The position numbers were made by a program, and so were the translations under genes. The notes under the pieces were generated by a model, which worked only from the letters and a program-made list of their open reading frames with translations, was not told where the DNA came from and did not search any database. Positions 28,452-42,316 of a stretch of 64,000 bases of DNA are shown here, piece by piece; within the stretch, counting starts at the first letter, position 1, and every line of letters begins with the position of its first letter. The stretch is from NCBI GenBank assembly GCA_002104945.1, contig MCFH01000021.1, forward strand, positions 558,001-622,000. The letters are read 5' to 3'. This DNA is from Piromyces finnis finn (lineage: Eukaryota > Fungi > Neocallimastigomycota).

Positions 28452-28565
28452 TATTGAATTGAAAATAGAATAAATAATTAATTGGTAATATTATATGAAA
28501 TAAAAAAAAAAAATAAAATAAAAATAAATGTAATTCTTAATTATAAGATTAAAATAATGTAAATA

Positions 28566-28734
28566 ATACAATATTTTAATTCTCTTTAAATAAAATAAAA
28601 TAAAATAAAATAATTAAAATAGTTAGAATTAAAATAAGTAAGAAGATACAATATTTTAATTCACTTAGATAATGATAATTATAAAATAATTAGAATTAAA
28701 ATAAGTAAGAGAATACAATATTTTAATTCACTTA
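28566..28734. repeat. ~45-nt direct repeats (period ~67 nt) in the Ty3 5' UTR
   Basis: TTAGAATTAAAATAAGTAAGAAGATACAATATTTTAATTCACTTA at 28623, a near-identical copy at 28690, and a partial copy at 28566. Confidence 0.75.
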
Positions 28735-29268
28735 AAATAATATGAAAATTTCTTTAAAATAAAACTCACTATAACTAATATAGTTGGTAGTAAGCTTAAT
28801 CAGATATTATAAAATAAGTAAAAATATTATAAAATATGTAATAATAATTCTTAAATATAAAATTCTTTATATATAATATAATGTTATATAGTAATATAAC
28901 ATAAAACTTTTCAAACTATTGAATAAAAATAAAATAAATAATCTACCAACTAATAAACATATATGAATAAAAGATTAATCGTTTTTATTCTGGTCCGATT
29001 TCCCCAGTTTCTCTTATTCAATTATATAAAAATAATAAAATTGTATTAATAATAATATTCTTGTGGATATTAGAATATAACTTGACTAAAGTAAATACTC
29101 TAAATTTCACAAAATACAAAGGTAAAATAAAGAAAATAAAAATAACAATTAATTCAATTCAATAATATCGCGTTTATTTTCCACTTAATAATAAAACACT
29201 CAAACTAAATAATTAAATTCACCTATATTATAGATTTAATTAACTAATATTAATATCTTTTATTCTAC

Positions 29269-29287
29269 AACCTCACACTTCGCACCA
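29269..29287 (-). other. Primer-binding site complementary to a tRNA 3' end
   Basis: The plus strand reads AAC-CTCAC-ACTTCGC-A-CCA (T-loop end, T-stem, acceptor stem, discriminator, CCA), 3 nt from the 5' LTR. Confidence 0.88.
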
Positions 29288-29290
29288 ATT

Positions 29291-29866
29291 TGATATAAGT
29301 TTCTTTTATGTTGTAGTAATTTAATATTAGTTTATTTATAATTTATTATATTAGGTGAAAAATATTTTATTACTATTAACTTCTCTCTTATTAATAATTT
29401 CACTTATAATATTTTCTTATTAATTATTAAAGCTCTTCCCTTTCTAATTATTAATTATTTTTTACATGAATATTTTTATATTATAAAATTCCTATAATAT
29501 AATTGAATATCAATTATATAATGTAATGTATTCATAATATATGAATAATAATTAAATAGGATATAGTATAATATATTTTACATTTTATATGAAATATTAC
29601 TATATAAGGAAAGGTAATGTAATACAAATAAGTATTACAATAAAATTAATACTAATATATAATATTAATATTTAAGAATATAATGAAATATGTACATGAA
29701 TTCTATAACTAATATATAAATAATGTATTATAATATATATCAATTATTATATTATTATTATGAAATATTATATATAAATTTCTAAAGATGAAATTGAATA
29801 TTTTAAATAATAAAAATTATTTTAAATATTGGCTAATATGTAGCTAGACATATTAATTTCATATCA
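29291..29866 (-). repeat. 5' LTR (576 bp)
   Basis: Direct repeat of 22183-22752, adjacent to the PBS. Confidence 0.95.
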
Positions 29867-31974
29867 TATTATTTATTATCTTTTAAATAACATTAAAAAT
29901 TATTTTTTGTATTTATAATTAAATTGGTAGGGTTGGCATTAGCATTTTATATTAATAATTTTACACACATTTGTTCTTTTTCATTTATTTATTTAATTGC
30001 TAAATAAATGAAAATGATAAAAAATATAACATACTCATATTCTAACAGTATTGCATTGTTAAAGTTTTCTTTAATCATGTATATATAAATGAAAACCAAT
30101 AGGAAAATAGTATTAATAAATTGAATTTTCAAATAAAACCATTTTTAATAAATTAAAGCAAAATTAATTTTATTTTAATAACTTTTGTGAAACCATTAAA
30201 AGAAATTTTAAATAATATATTTTTTTTGTAAATTTTTATATTTTTTTTTACATAGCAAAAAAAGAAAAAGTAATATAAAAGAAAGATCTATTTTTAAACA
30301 ATAGGTCTATTAGTAGTAAAAAATAAAGATATATACATGTAATATCAACCTATATTATTATTGAATTATTTTAAAAATAATATAAAAAGAAAGCAAATTA
30401 CTAATTACGAATGAACGACTAGTAAAAATAATTATATAAATAACAATAAAATTAATTATTAAAATATTAAAATTAAATAAAGTAGTGAACACAAAATCAA
30501 TTAATTTAGATTATTAATAATTTTACTATAATAATTATTAATTGAAAAGATGTTAAAAATTTAAATTATAATATAAATTGTTGAGTATTGTATAAACATT
30601 ACATTAACATAAGAATAGATATTGAGCTAAAAAAAAGTCTTTCTTATTAACCCTTTTTTTCATAAAGTGGTTGTTTAGAAAATGCTACAAATTTTTTTAT
30701 TAACGTTTGCCTTTAATAATACCTTTAAACAATTTAAATATTGTTTATATTCATCCTTTAAATAGAAAATATTAACTTTATATCAAAATTATATTTTTTA
30801 TATTTATTATTTGAAACTTTAATATATTATTATATACTATTAACTATATTATTTAACTATTAGTATTTAACATTTTACCAATAATATATGTTTATTATAT
30901 ATTATATTAACCTATAAATTAAATAGAAATTTTATTCATAATATGGATTATTTTCCATATTTAATTATCAACTAATTTCCTCAAATAGTATCATTAATTA
31001 ATAATAATATATTATATAATATATTATTAGAATATTGAAATTAAAAATAAAATCTTATTAAATAATATTATTTTATTATTATTATTTATATTATATTTTA
31101 ATATATTTACATTATTTATTTTAAAGTTTGATTTGCAATTAATAACTTTTACTTTTAATGAAAAAAAGTTTATTTTCTAATGTTTAATATTGTAATAGCA
31201 AGATAATATATTACTAATAAATTATTAATATATACAAAATTATATCATTTTTTGTTTAGAAAAACAAAAAATCAAATATTAAAAAAAAAAAAAAATCTAT
31301 TATTAAAACTTTTTTCTATGTAAAAAAGAAACAAAAATATTTTAAAAAAAAAAAGTTTGTTATTTTATAGTTAAAACCATTATCCTTTTTTAAAAAAAGC
31401 TATGTTTTTGTAATAAATAAAAAAAGAAAAGAAAAAAAAAAAAAAAAACAGGATTATTTTTCTTTAAAGAAATAATAATTTTTTCAATAAATTAATCTCT
31501 TATAATTAAACTTTTAATAATTTTACAAGTGAATTATATTCTTCATTGTATAATCTTTTTTTTTTTTTTTTTGTATGTAGGTAATATTTTTTTTTAAAAT
31601 AATTGACAAAATAGATTTTAGAGTGAATAATAAAATATATAAAAGTAACGAAAATAATTTGAATAAATAAATTAAGAATAAATATTCATATTATAAAATT
31701 TTATATAAATTTATATATTTTATAAGAAAAAAAAAAATCAAAGTAAAATAAAATTTTTCATTTTCATTAAATATTTTTTTTAATATCATATATAACTATT
31801 TAAACAGAAATTAACTCTAGGTTAATTATAAAAATTATTTCAAAATATATAAAAATGTTATTTAAATGATAAAAAAGATAGAACAACAACAACAAAAAAA
31901 AAACTTTTGCATTCAAATATATAAATAAATCTAAAAAAAAATATAAATTGATATTTAATTTTTAAATTTTAAAA

Positions 31975-34900
31975 ATGTCACATTCACAATTTCCTTATAA
32001 TACTTTTCAAGCAAATCCCCAATCACAAATTTTTAATCCAAATCAAGATGTTGCATATACCCAACAACAAGCTTATCAAGCAACGACACAATTTCAATAT
32101 TCTTTGAATAATCAGGAATCAATAATTATGCCTATGAATACTTTTCAACAATCCTTTAATACTGAAGTACAAACAGTTAATCAGCAAACTCAAGCAAAAG
32201 TAAAGAAAGAGGACAAAGATATTCAGAATATACTACCAAATAAACAAGCTAATCCTAAATTACCAAAACAAAAATTAAATACAAAAATAGCAAAAGCTAC
32301 TTCATCAAAAAAAGCTATCAATGTACCCGTAAGCGTATCATCAGCAAAATCTAGAATTCCAGCAGTAAAAAGTTATATAAAAGCATTAGATAAAGTTAAA
32401 AGTGAAGAGAAATTAAAATTTAATTTAGATTCAATTTCAACGAGTTTACCTTCTGATCTTTTAGATTTAGAAAGAAATTCAGGTGTTCCTGATTTTATTA
32501 AAAAATTATATAGGTAAATCCTTTTTTTTTTTAAGAAAAATATTTAAAGAAAGTGTAATATGGAGTTCTAATTTATATTATTTAAAAATAAATAGGTTAT
32601 TAGAAGATAAAAATTATCATTCAATAGTATCATGGGGTGAAAATGGTGATAGCTTTATTGTTAAAGATCCTACTGAATTTTCAAGAAAGATCCTTCCAAA
32701 ACATTTCAAGCACAGTAATTTTGCTAGTTTTGTACGACAATTAAATAAATATGATTTTCATAAAGTAAAAGTGGATAAAATAAATTCTTATGGTGAAAAT
32801 GTAAATAATATTAAATGAATGAAACATGCTATATTTAAAAATTTGAATTAAAACTTTTTAAAATATTAATGATATTCTATTTATATATATAAATATTGTT
32901 TAATGTTGTTTTAAAAAAATAGATGTGGGGATTTAAGCATCCAAATTTCCAATTCAATAAAAAGGAACAATTAGAATTAATTAAAAGAAAAGTAAGTAAT
33001 AAAACTCAGAAAACCACAGAGCAAAAGCAAACTGATATAAATCTTGATATGAAACAACAAGTTGAAAACTTAATTGAAATTGGATCAGCGTTAGCTAGTA
33101 ATGTAAATCAATTGACTACAAATTATAGCGATTTTTTTAATGATTATATTAATTTCGGAAAATACATAGAATTACAATCGAAAACACTCAAAAGCTTAGT
33201 TGATTTTGTAATTGATAAGGAAATAAGAAAACAACCTAATCCAACTAAAAATAATAATAATTTTGAAAATCTGGTAAATACATATAACTATTGGAATTCA
33301 AATACTCAGGTAGTGAAAGACAATTTTGCTCAATTTCAAAGTAATGTCACTAAGAGTATAGAACAAATGAATATTACTTGTGATAAAATAAATTCTTTAA
33401 ATAATAAATTAAAGAGTTCTCTAATAGCCGTAAAAACGGAAGAAAAATTAGCTATAAATTCAGAGGAGCCTATTGCTAATGAAAACAATGTTAAAAATAA
33501 AGATAAAAATCAAACTCCTGAAAATGTACCTATTCCAAGTTTAATGCCAGTAAATAATATTGTAACCGTGAATAATAATGTAAATAATCCGGTATTAATA
33601 AATCAAACAACTGACATCAATAATTCTATGAATATTGAAGTTAATGCACAAACTCAAATCAAAACTTCACCTCCTACACAAGCAATATTTATGCCATTAT
33701 CGGAAAGTGATATAAAGACTACCACTAGTCTTGTTAAAAGTGTTAAAAAACCGAAATGGTAATTTTTTTTTATTTTTTTTATTCAATTTAAATATTTTTT
33801 TTTTCCAAATATAAAGTATATAATCAAAAATTATTTTTTTTACTTTGGATAAAAAAATTAAAATATATATTTTTATTTTAATCATTCGTAGGTCACAACC
33901 CCCAAGAGTTTTATTGGTTGAAGATGATGCTATTTGTCGTGCTCTTTCTTCTAAATTATTACAAGTATTTGGTTGTAAATTTGATATTGCAGTAGATGGT
34001 CAATCCGCAATTGAGCGTATGGGTGATAGAAAGTATGATATTGTATTAATGGATATTGTCATGCCAAAGATTGATGGTGTCACAGCCACTAACCGTATTA
34101 GACAATTTGATCAACTTACACCAATTATTAGTATGACAAGTAATACTACTGAAAATGATTGTATTACTTATTTAAGAAATGGTATGAATGATGTTTTACC
34201 AAAACCATTTAATAAAAATGGATTATTGAATATGTTGGAAAGATATTGTTCTCATTTAAGACATATGAATGAAAATTCTATTGAACCGGGATTTCCAAAA
34301 ACCATCATGATGATAGGTAGTAATAATGATATTAGTAGTAATAGTTCAATCTTTGGATTAAATTGGAATAATGTAGAGACCTCAAAAGGTAGAATTACAG
34401 AGCTTCAAGATGATGATATTAATTCCAATACCACCAGTACCACCACCAATAGTAACACAAATAACAGTTCGACCACAACTCTACCAAATACGAATAATGC
34501 TACTCTATCTACAAATATTTCTACGACAAGTAATATTTCTGCCAACATTTCTACTACTAATAATATAAATGTTGGGAACGTACCTCCAATTATTTCAAAC
34601 GTAACTTCCTCAACGAATCCTGTTTTATTATCAATGTATGACAAACCTAGTAGTTCAACAATTGATTCCACTTTAGAGCCAATGATGATGCAAAACTTTA
34701 ATGTTTCTATGCAACAGCCAATGACAATATCAGATACCCAAAATGTCAGTGTTCAATACTACTCCACTTTACCAAATCCAACAGCCATTATATCATCTCA
34801 AATTCAGTCACCTCCTAATCAATTACAAACAACCACACCACAAATTATTCCTACCAATCCTACGGATCCATCCTTAGATCCTAACCTTTTACCAAATCCA

Positions 34901-35032
34901 ATTCTTATTAATAATATCGTATTACCTTCAAATCAAAGTCAAAATTTTATACCAAATAATCCTAATTCCTTATTAGGAGAGCATAAAACCGAAAATGACA
35001 TAAGACTTATAAACGAAACTATCAGTACATAA
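31975..35032 (+). CDS. SKN7: Skn7/Prr1-like transcription factor: HSF-type DNA-binding domain + coiled coil + response-regulator receiver, 4 exons
   Basis: Exons 31975-32512, 32596-32800, 32923-33758 and 33892-35032. HSF domain: FIKKLYRLLED...[26 protein letters not shown]...WGFKHPNF. Receiver: VLLVEDD...[14 protein letters not shown]...MTSN...KPF, with the phospho-acceptor Asp intact. Confidence 0.9.
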
Positions 35033-38000
35033 AATGATTCATTCCTTTAATAATCTATTTTTTTTCTCTCTTTTAATTAAAAAAAATTTTTTTTATTTCT
35101 CTTTTAATACTTAATATTTCGAATTTTACTCTAACTTTTTTACCCTTTAGTTTTTATTATTATTGCTAATTTGATGAACAATTTCTTTTTTTAATTTTTA
35201 TATATTTTTTTATTAAATAAGATCATGAAAAACTTTTAAAAGTATCTTTTTTTATTAAAATAAAATATAAAAAAGACTCTTTAAATTAAAACATACTCTC
35301 TACTATTTATAAATTAAAAATAATTTTTTTTTTCGTTTCATTCATTTATTTACTATGCAGCAATAATAATAATAGATAATAATTTAATATTTTTTTTTTT
35401 CTATTTCTTATAGATGTTGTTTATAGTAATATTATGAACTATTCTTCATCTATAGAAATATAAAGTGTATATAAATAATAGAAAACTTTTCCTATTTTAT
35501 TTAATAAAAAAAGTCATACTTTAAAAGATTTTTTTTTTTTATTTACTCATTTGTGTTTAAACCAATTTTTATTTTTATTTTTTTTTTTTATAACATGTAT
35601 TAAAGTTTAAAAAATTATTTGATAACGTTAAAAAAAAAAAAATAGAATAAATGAAATAATATTCAAAAAATTTCAGTTTTATGTTTAAAAAATTCAATGA
35701 GGATCTTTGAAAAAAAAAAAAAAAAAGATCCAACGTCATTAAAATTATTATTCTATATATTTTATTTTATTTTTTTTTAAAAGAAAAAAGAAATATTATA
35801 AATTATCCGTAATTTAATAATTATTTTATCATTCTACACCTTAAAGAATTAAAATTTTTAAAGTTGTTAGAATTTGTTATTCAACACTTTGACCAATTCA
35901 TTCATAAATAAACAATTTTTTTTTTTTTTTATTTTGAATTTTGAAATATTTCCTTAAAAAAAAAAAAAGTTTATTCAAATTCTATTTGTTTTAATAATAA
36001 ACTTTTTTAGTATTATTATCTAATTGCTAATTAAAAAAAAAAAAAAAAAAAAAAAAATTGTGTTTCATATAATATTTTTTTGCATTACTTGTCTTCCATA
36101 TTATTCCCATATAATGTTTAATTTTTTTTTTTAACAAAGGATTATAACTTATTTTATTTTATAATATAAATATATAAACCTTTTCTATGGTTAAAAAATT
36201 ATCTATTATTATAAAGCTATAATTACTATTTTATTTAATTTTTTTTTTCTTTATATAATATTTAAAAAAAAAAAAAAGTAAAACTAGAAATTAATATTGT
36301 TTTATTAATAATTAAAAATCAAATTAATTGTTTTTTAAATTAATTTATCATATGATAATAAAAATCAAAATCTATTAAAAATTAATAAAAAAAGAAATTA
36401 AATTTTATAAAGCGATAGAAAAAAAGATGAAATTCTTCAATTATAATGAACGCATACTGAATAGTATATGACATTAACTTGAACTCTTTACTGAATATAT
36501 TAATAATATAAAATATATATATTTTAGTATTTCATGTATAAAATATACTTTATATTTCTTTTACATTTTTTTTATTCATAATGAAGAATTTAATAATATT
36601 GATAGTTTGCTTTGTTTTTTTAATAAAGTAGGAATAATATTATAATTAAAATTTCTTTTAATAATTTTTTTTTAATTAATATCATGCCATTTTTTTAAAG
36701 TTAGGATAAAAAAAAAGAAACTTTTTAAAGTTATTATTATTCTTTATATTATACTATTTTTCAAGTTTTAAAATATAATTTCTCTACCTTTTTATGGTAT
36801 TTAAAAAGTGTCACTTTCTATATAAAATCAATTTTTTACATACTATGAGAAATGACTGCTTTGGTGCTTACGAATTAAAAAAAAAAAAAAACTCTTTGGA
36901 AGTTTTTTTTTTCCCATCAAATTAATTTAAAAAATTTAAACAGAAAATAAATTTATTTTTTTTAATAAAGTTTAATTAGAAATTATACAGAAAATTTATG
37001 GTGATAAAACACTGTGAAGAAATAATTTTATCCCACCAAAAAAAATTTAAAATAGTAAAAGCACATGTTTTGTATTGTGATCAAGAAAGTGCTATGATTG
37101 GGAAAGTTTCTTTTTTTATGGTAGAAATAAGCTTTAAACTTTTTCATAAAAGTAAAGTATAGGAAAGAAATTTAATAGGAAAAAAAGGAAACATATCCAA
37201 TGATATGGATAAAAAAAAAAACATTTTATTTATGAACTATATATACATATGAAATAAATAATAAATTTATATTGCGTTTTTCTACATTACATTTTAATAC
37301 ATTTATACCTTTTTTTTAATATGAAATGTAACATTATATGGCATCCAATATTTAAATTTATAAAAGATGCTTATTAGGATGAATTAATGAATTAATATCA
37401 AAAGTATGGAAATGCAATGATAATTACAAACATTTACTCGAATTTTTAAGGTGCATCGATAGGGAAGGAATAAAAATGACTCTATCTAAATTACCAGAAT
37501 ATTTTTTAGTATTCCAATATATGGCAAAGCAAATATCAAAGAAAGGTCTTTTAAAGCATTATCTTTTTTTTTTTTTTTGCATTTTCAGCGAAAATAGTCA
37601 TTGGAGGTTTCTCTATCATCTTATACCTTTATTTTTTCATACTTTAAAAATGTAACACAAAAATTTATATTTTATTTGACTATATATTTCAATATATTTG
37701 AAAATATAAAAAAAGTGGTAGACCTCACTCATATAATATATTATTATATATATTATAGAAATCTTAACCATTTTTTTTATAATTTCAAATTCTATATATA
37801 GAATAGAAACATCTGGATATAATTCATACCCAATCATATAAAAATATAAAACTGTTTTATTGGTATGCTATTTAATATATTAATAGAATTTAAAATGATT
37901 GAAATATATATTACATTTATATTACAGAATATAATTTTTTGAATTATTATCATATAGTAATATATTATTATTGAAATGTCAAATTTTTCTGTTTAAAATT

Positions 38001-39877
38001 TCAAAAATTCCTATGAATAGATTAATACAAAAATGTAATATATAGTTAATATATAGTTAATATATTATTTAAATAATAATTATTAGTATTTAAAATTTCA
38101 GGAACTATTAAAATATTAATTATTAAAGTTCAATATCTTTCACAAATAATATTTTATATATTAGAGCCATATATTATATTTATCATCTATTTTTTTTTTA
38201 TCTTTTAATTATAAATTATAATTTAGTACATACGCCACATTCCAAGGTATGTGTCTAAGTAAAATAAATTAAAATTTTTAATTATAATTAAAAAAATGTG
38301 CCAATTTTTTTTTATTTAAAAGAAAAAAAAATTAATAAAGAATATTATCCCTACTTCTTTTTTTTTCTTTATTGTTAAAGTTTTTTTTGAAAATAAAATA
38401 GTATACCTATGAAGGGTAATGTGATGGTTATAAATTATAATTTTTTTGAAATTTCATCCTATAATATAATATGGAAATATAATGAAAACCTTTATATTAA
38501 AAGGTTTTTTTTCCCTAAATTTTATTTTTATTCTATTTGATCTTTTTTTTTTTTAAATTTAATACTAAATTCTGATTCGTGGAAAATTATACATAAGTTT
38601 ATAATATATTAATTTTTTTTAAAAAATTATAAAATAAATTTAGTATAAACAAATAACAAAAAAAAAAAGTATGCATTATACTAAATTAAGAATATAAAGA
38701 TATTATGATTTTTTACACCCAATACTCTAGATACAACAATTATATAAAACTATAATACATTTAGAGTTTATTCGTAGTAATTAATGTTAAGCTTTTATAA
38801 ATTTTGTTATACTACCTAAATCACCACCACCATCACCACCAATATAAATTGATAATTATTTTTAGGAACACAATAATGTTGAAATGAGGTGATTATTTAG
38901 AAATCGTTGATTTAATAAAAATTTAAATTAAAAATAATTTATTTACCAATATATTTAAATATAAATTAAATTTATTTATATTGATAATATATATAATATA
39001 TAAATAACCTAAAATCTTAGGTTATTATTGAATTAGTTCTAGGTTTTTTAGAAAAAGCAATTCTTTAAAAATTAATGATATGTTAATGTATGGTAATTTC
39101 TAGGTAAAAAATAAAACTTTAAATTGACATACATTAACTTTTTTTTCTCTCTCTCATTCACAGTATTATTGATTTTAATAATTCCTTTTCTTTTTAACTA
39201 ATTTTTATTTCTATATATGATTGACTATCTTTTATATTATAATTTTTATCATATATAAATTTTTAAAAAAGAAAAAAATGGAAATTTAAATATAATAAAT
39301 AGAAAAAGTTTTTTTAATATATAATAGATATATTATTTTAAAGTTTATTATAAATCAAGTAAACATAAAGAATCAATATATTATTAATATATCAAACCAA
39401 TGTAAATTAAATAAACAAATATATTAAATTATAATATATTATTAACTTATAGTTCAATATAAAACAATATACGAAAAATTAAATATTTTTATTTTAATTT
39501 AAATATATTATATATTACTGTTATATATTAACTACTAAATATATTAAATAAATGTTAACAATAAAAAAAAAAAAAACTAATTTTAATTTAAAAATTGTTA
39601 TTATTAAATAATAGATTATTTGTATATATTTAAAAAAAAGGTATATAAATTGAGGTATTTTCTTTTTTTTTTTTTATTTTTTTTAACTTATTATAATTTT
39701 ACTTTATTTTTATTAAAAAGTTATTAGTAAAGTTGTTTAAATAGATCTTATTTTATTATTAAAATTTAAACAAACTTTACTATTAAAGAAAGAAGATTTT
39801 TAAAACTTTAAAAAAAAAAGGAAGTTAATACAGAGAATAAAGTAATTTAAATTTTTTTATATAGATTTTAATTAAAT

Positions 39878-41695
39878 ATGAATAATAATACTGTGGATCG
39901 TAAAGAATCCCAAGAAACTTTGGGAGAATCAGTAGTCGTCGATATTACTGACAAAACAATTAATGAATTAAAAAACCAAGAATTAGCCCTTAATGAAAAG
40001 GATATTGAAGTAAAAGATTTAAAGGAAGTTGACCAAAAAAAAATAAAGGATGAAAACGATGAAAAATATGTTACCTTTGAAATCACTGGTGGAAAATTAT
40101 ATGCTATTACTTTTGCTTTATGTATTGTATGTCTTTTAGCTAGTTTGGATATGACTGTCGTAGCCACTGCTTTACCAACTATCGCTAGAGAATTTGGTGA
40201 TATTAGTGGTTATACCTGGGTTATTACTTCATATATGCTTTCAAGTACAGCATTCCAACCAATGTACGGTAAATTTGCAGATATTTTTGGACGTAGAGTT
40301 ATGATGATATTTGCTTTAGTTATATTTATTGCAAGTTCCATATTTTGTGGTATCTCCAAAAATATGGATATGTTAATCATCTTCCGTGGTATTCAAGGTA
40401 TTGGTGGTGGTGGTTTAATGTCACTTTGTATGATTATTATTGCTGATATTATTCCAATTCGTAAACGTGGTCAATACATGGGTATTCTTGGTGCTGTATT
40501 CTCTTTCTCAACTGTCATTGGTCCACTTGTTGGTGGTTTATTTACTGATAATATTTCATGGCGTTGGGCTTTCTACATCAATGTTCCATTAGCTGTTATT
40601 GCTTTTATTATTATCTTCTTATATGTCAAAATTCCAACTCCTTCTGATAATCTTCGTAAAAAGTTATTACGTGTCGATTATGCTGGTACCATTGTTTTAA
40701 TTTTAGGTGTAGTTGCATTATTATTAGCTTTAGAATGGGGAGGTGTTGACTATGAATGGTCTTCATGGCAAATTATCCTCTTATTCTGTTTATTTGCTTT
40801 ATTATTAGTTGCTTTCATTACTATCGAAATCAAGTTTGCAAAGGAACCAATTATTCCACCAGCTATCTTTAAGGTTAGAAACATTAATTGTATGATTGTT
40901 GCCTGTACTTTAATTGGTTTTGCTTTTATGGGTGCTTGTACATACCTTCCACTTTACTTCCAAATGGTACGTGGAATGAAGGCAACAACTTCTGGTTTTA
41001 TGATGACTCCAATGTCTATTATTGTCACTGTATTAAATATTTCTAGTGGTATTTATATTGGAAAGCACGGACATGTTAATATTCTTTTTATTATTGGTTT
41101 TATCTTTTCTGCTGCTTCTGGATATGTTTACAGTCTTTTAGGTCTTCATACTTCTACAGTTATTCAATTATTAATTATTGGTTTTGGTGCCTTAGGATCT
41201 GGTTTAACTCGTCAAAACATGATTCTTGTTGCTCAAGATTCAGCTCCAAAAGCTCTTTTAGCTTCTACTACTGCTGTTATCTCCTTCTTCCAAGTTATTG
41301 GTGGTATTGTTGGTATCGCAATTTTCAACACTATATTAAATAATCGTGTTCCAAAAAAATTACATGAACTTGATCCAAAGATTAGTGTAGAATCTGTCAA
41401 TATGAAACTTATTAATTCTTATGGTGAAAATGGTTTAAAAGCTTATAATGATGGTTTACGTACAAACTTCTTAATCATTATCCCATGCTCACTTTTAGCT
41501 TTAGTTTCTGTCATGTTAACAAAGAATGTTAGATTAAACAAGAAACCACAAGAATCAAAGGAATCAGATAATAGTACTGTAATTGATGAAACTTCTAACC
41601 CAGATATGAAGGAAATTGATGATAATACAACTGTTGCTGATGGATCAACTGTAGTTGACATTGGCAATCAAGATGGTGAAGATACAAAACAATGA
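39878..41695 (+). CDS. MFS transporter, 14-TMS DHA2 (EmrB/QacA-like) drug:H+ antiporter family, intronless
   Basis: 605-aa ORF with LASLDMTVVATALPTI, motif A GKFADIFGRR, IFRGIQGIGGGG, GPLVGG, WRWAFYINVP and DYAG. Confidence 0.92.
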   Translation: MNNNTVDRKESQETLGESVVVDITDKTINELKNQELALNEKDIEVKDLKEVDQKKIKDENDEKYVTFEITGGKLYAITFALCIVCLLASLDMTVVATALPTIAREFGDISGYTWVITSYMLSSTAFQPMYGKFADIFGRRVMMIFALVIFIASSIFCGISKNMDMLIIFRGIQGIGGGGLMSLCMIIIADIIPIRKRGQYMGILGAVFSFSTVIGPLVGGLFTDNISWRWAFYINVPLAVIAFIIIFLYVKIPTPSDNLRKKLLRVDYAGTIVLILGVVALLLALEWGGVDYEWSSWQIILLFCLFALLLVAFITIEIKFAKEPIIPPAIFKVRNINCMIVACTLIGFAFMGACTYLPLYFQMVRGMKATTSGFMMTPMSIIVTVLNISSGIYIGKHGHVNILFIIGFIFSAASGYVYSLLGLHTSTVIQLLIIGFGALGSGLTRQNMILVAQDSAPKALLASTTAVISFFQVIGGIVGIAIFNTILNNRVPKKLHELDPKISVESVNMKLINSYGENGLKAYNDGLRTNFLIIIPCSLLALVSVMLTKNVRLNKKPQESKESDNSTVIDETSNPDMKEIDDNTTVADGSTVVDIGNQDGEDTKQ

Positions 41696-42316
41696 AGAGG
41701 GATGAAGGGATGATCATTGAAAATAGGTTTAATTCATGGGATATCTGTAGATTTTTATTTAACATTTTAATATTAACATTAAAATACTTTTTTTAATTAT
41801 TTTATTTATTTAATATATTTATATTTTAATTAATTATTTATTATCCATATATTTAAATATTTATTAATATTGAATTAACGATTCTAATCAATTTTTATTT
41901 AATTAATCCGTAATATAATCAAATTTTTATTTTTTTAATAAAACATTTAAGAAAAAAATAAAGCGACAATAATAAAAATATCAAAAAATAAAATATAAAG
42001 TGTATAAATATTTTATTACTTGTTTTTTATAGATTCCTTTTAAAAAATTATCATTATTTTAATTTCATTCATTTATAATTTATTTTATTTAATATATAAA
42101 ATAAAATTATTATTGTAAATATAAAAACATTTTTTTATTGTTTATTAAAAGTAATTGAGAATATAATATTGAATATCTTATTAGAATATTATTTTTTTTT
42201 TTTGTTATATCAGTAGAGATGATAGTAATAATATTTTAATGCCTTTTGCTATTGGCCAGCAATGGTCAATATTCAAAAGGTTTGAAGCAACATCCAAGAG
42301 CGTCATTATTGAAGAA

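Larger units (their letters stand above)
22183..29866 (-). mobile_element. Full-length Ty3/gypsy LTR retrotransposon, apparently intact
   Basis: Two ~99% identical LTRs with TGATAT...ATATCA termini, 4-bp TSD TATT (22179-22182 and 29867-29870), PBS, gag, and pol in PR-RT-RH-IN order. Confidence 0.97.

Noticed and set aside
33845-33891. Start of ORF 33845-35032 as a separate response-regulator gene
   Set aside because: The TTG start lies within intron 3 of the SKN7-like gene; the receiver exon splices in frame at 33892.
37601-37837. Overlapping small ORFs 37601-37801, 37637-37837, and 62206-62454
   Set aside because: Not preserved between the repeated copies and compositionally intergenic.
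38822-38840. CACCACCACCATCACCACC motif as a telomeric or regulatory repeat
   Set aside because: A short isolated trinucleotide microsatellite with no further support.
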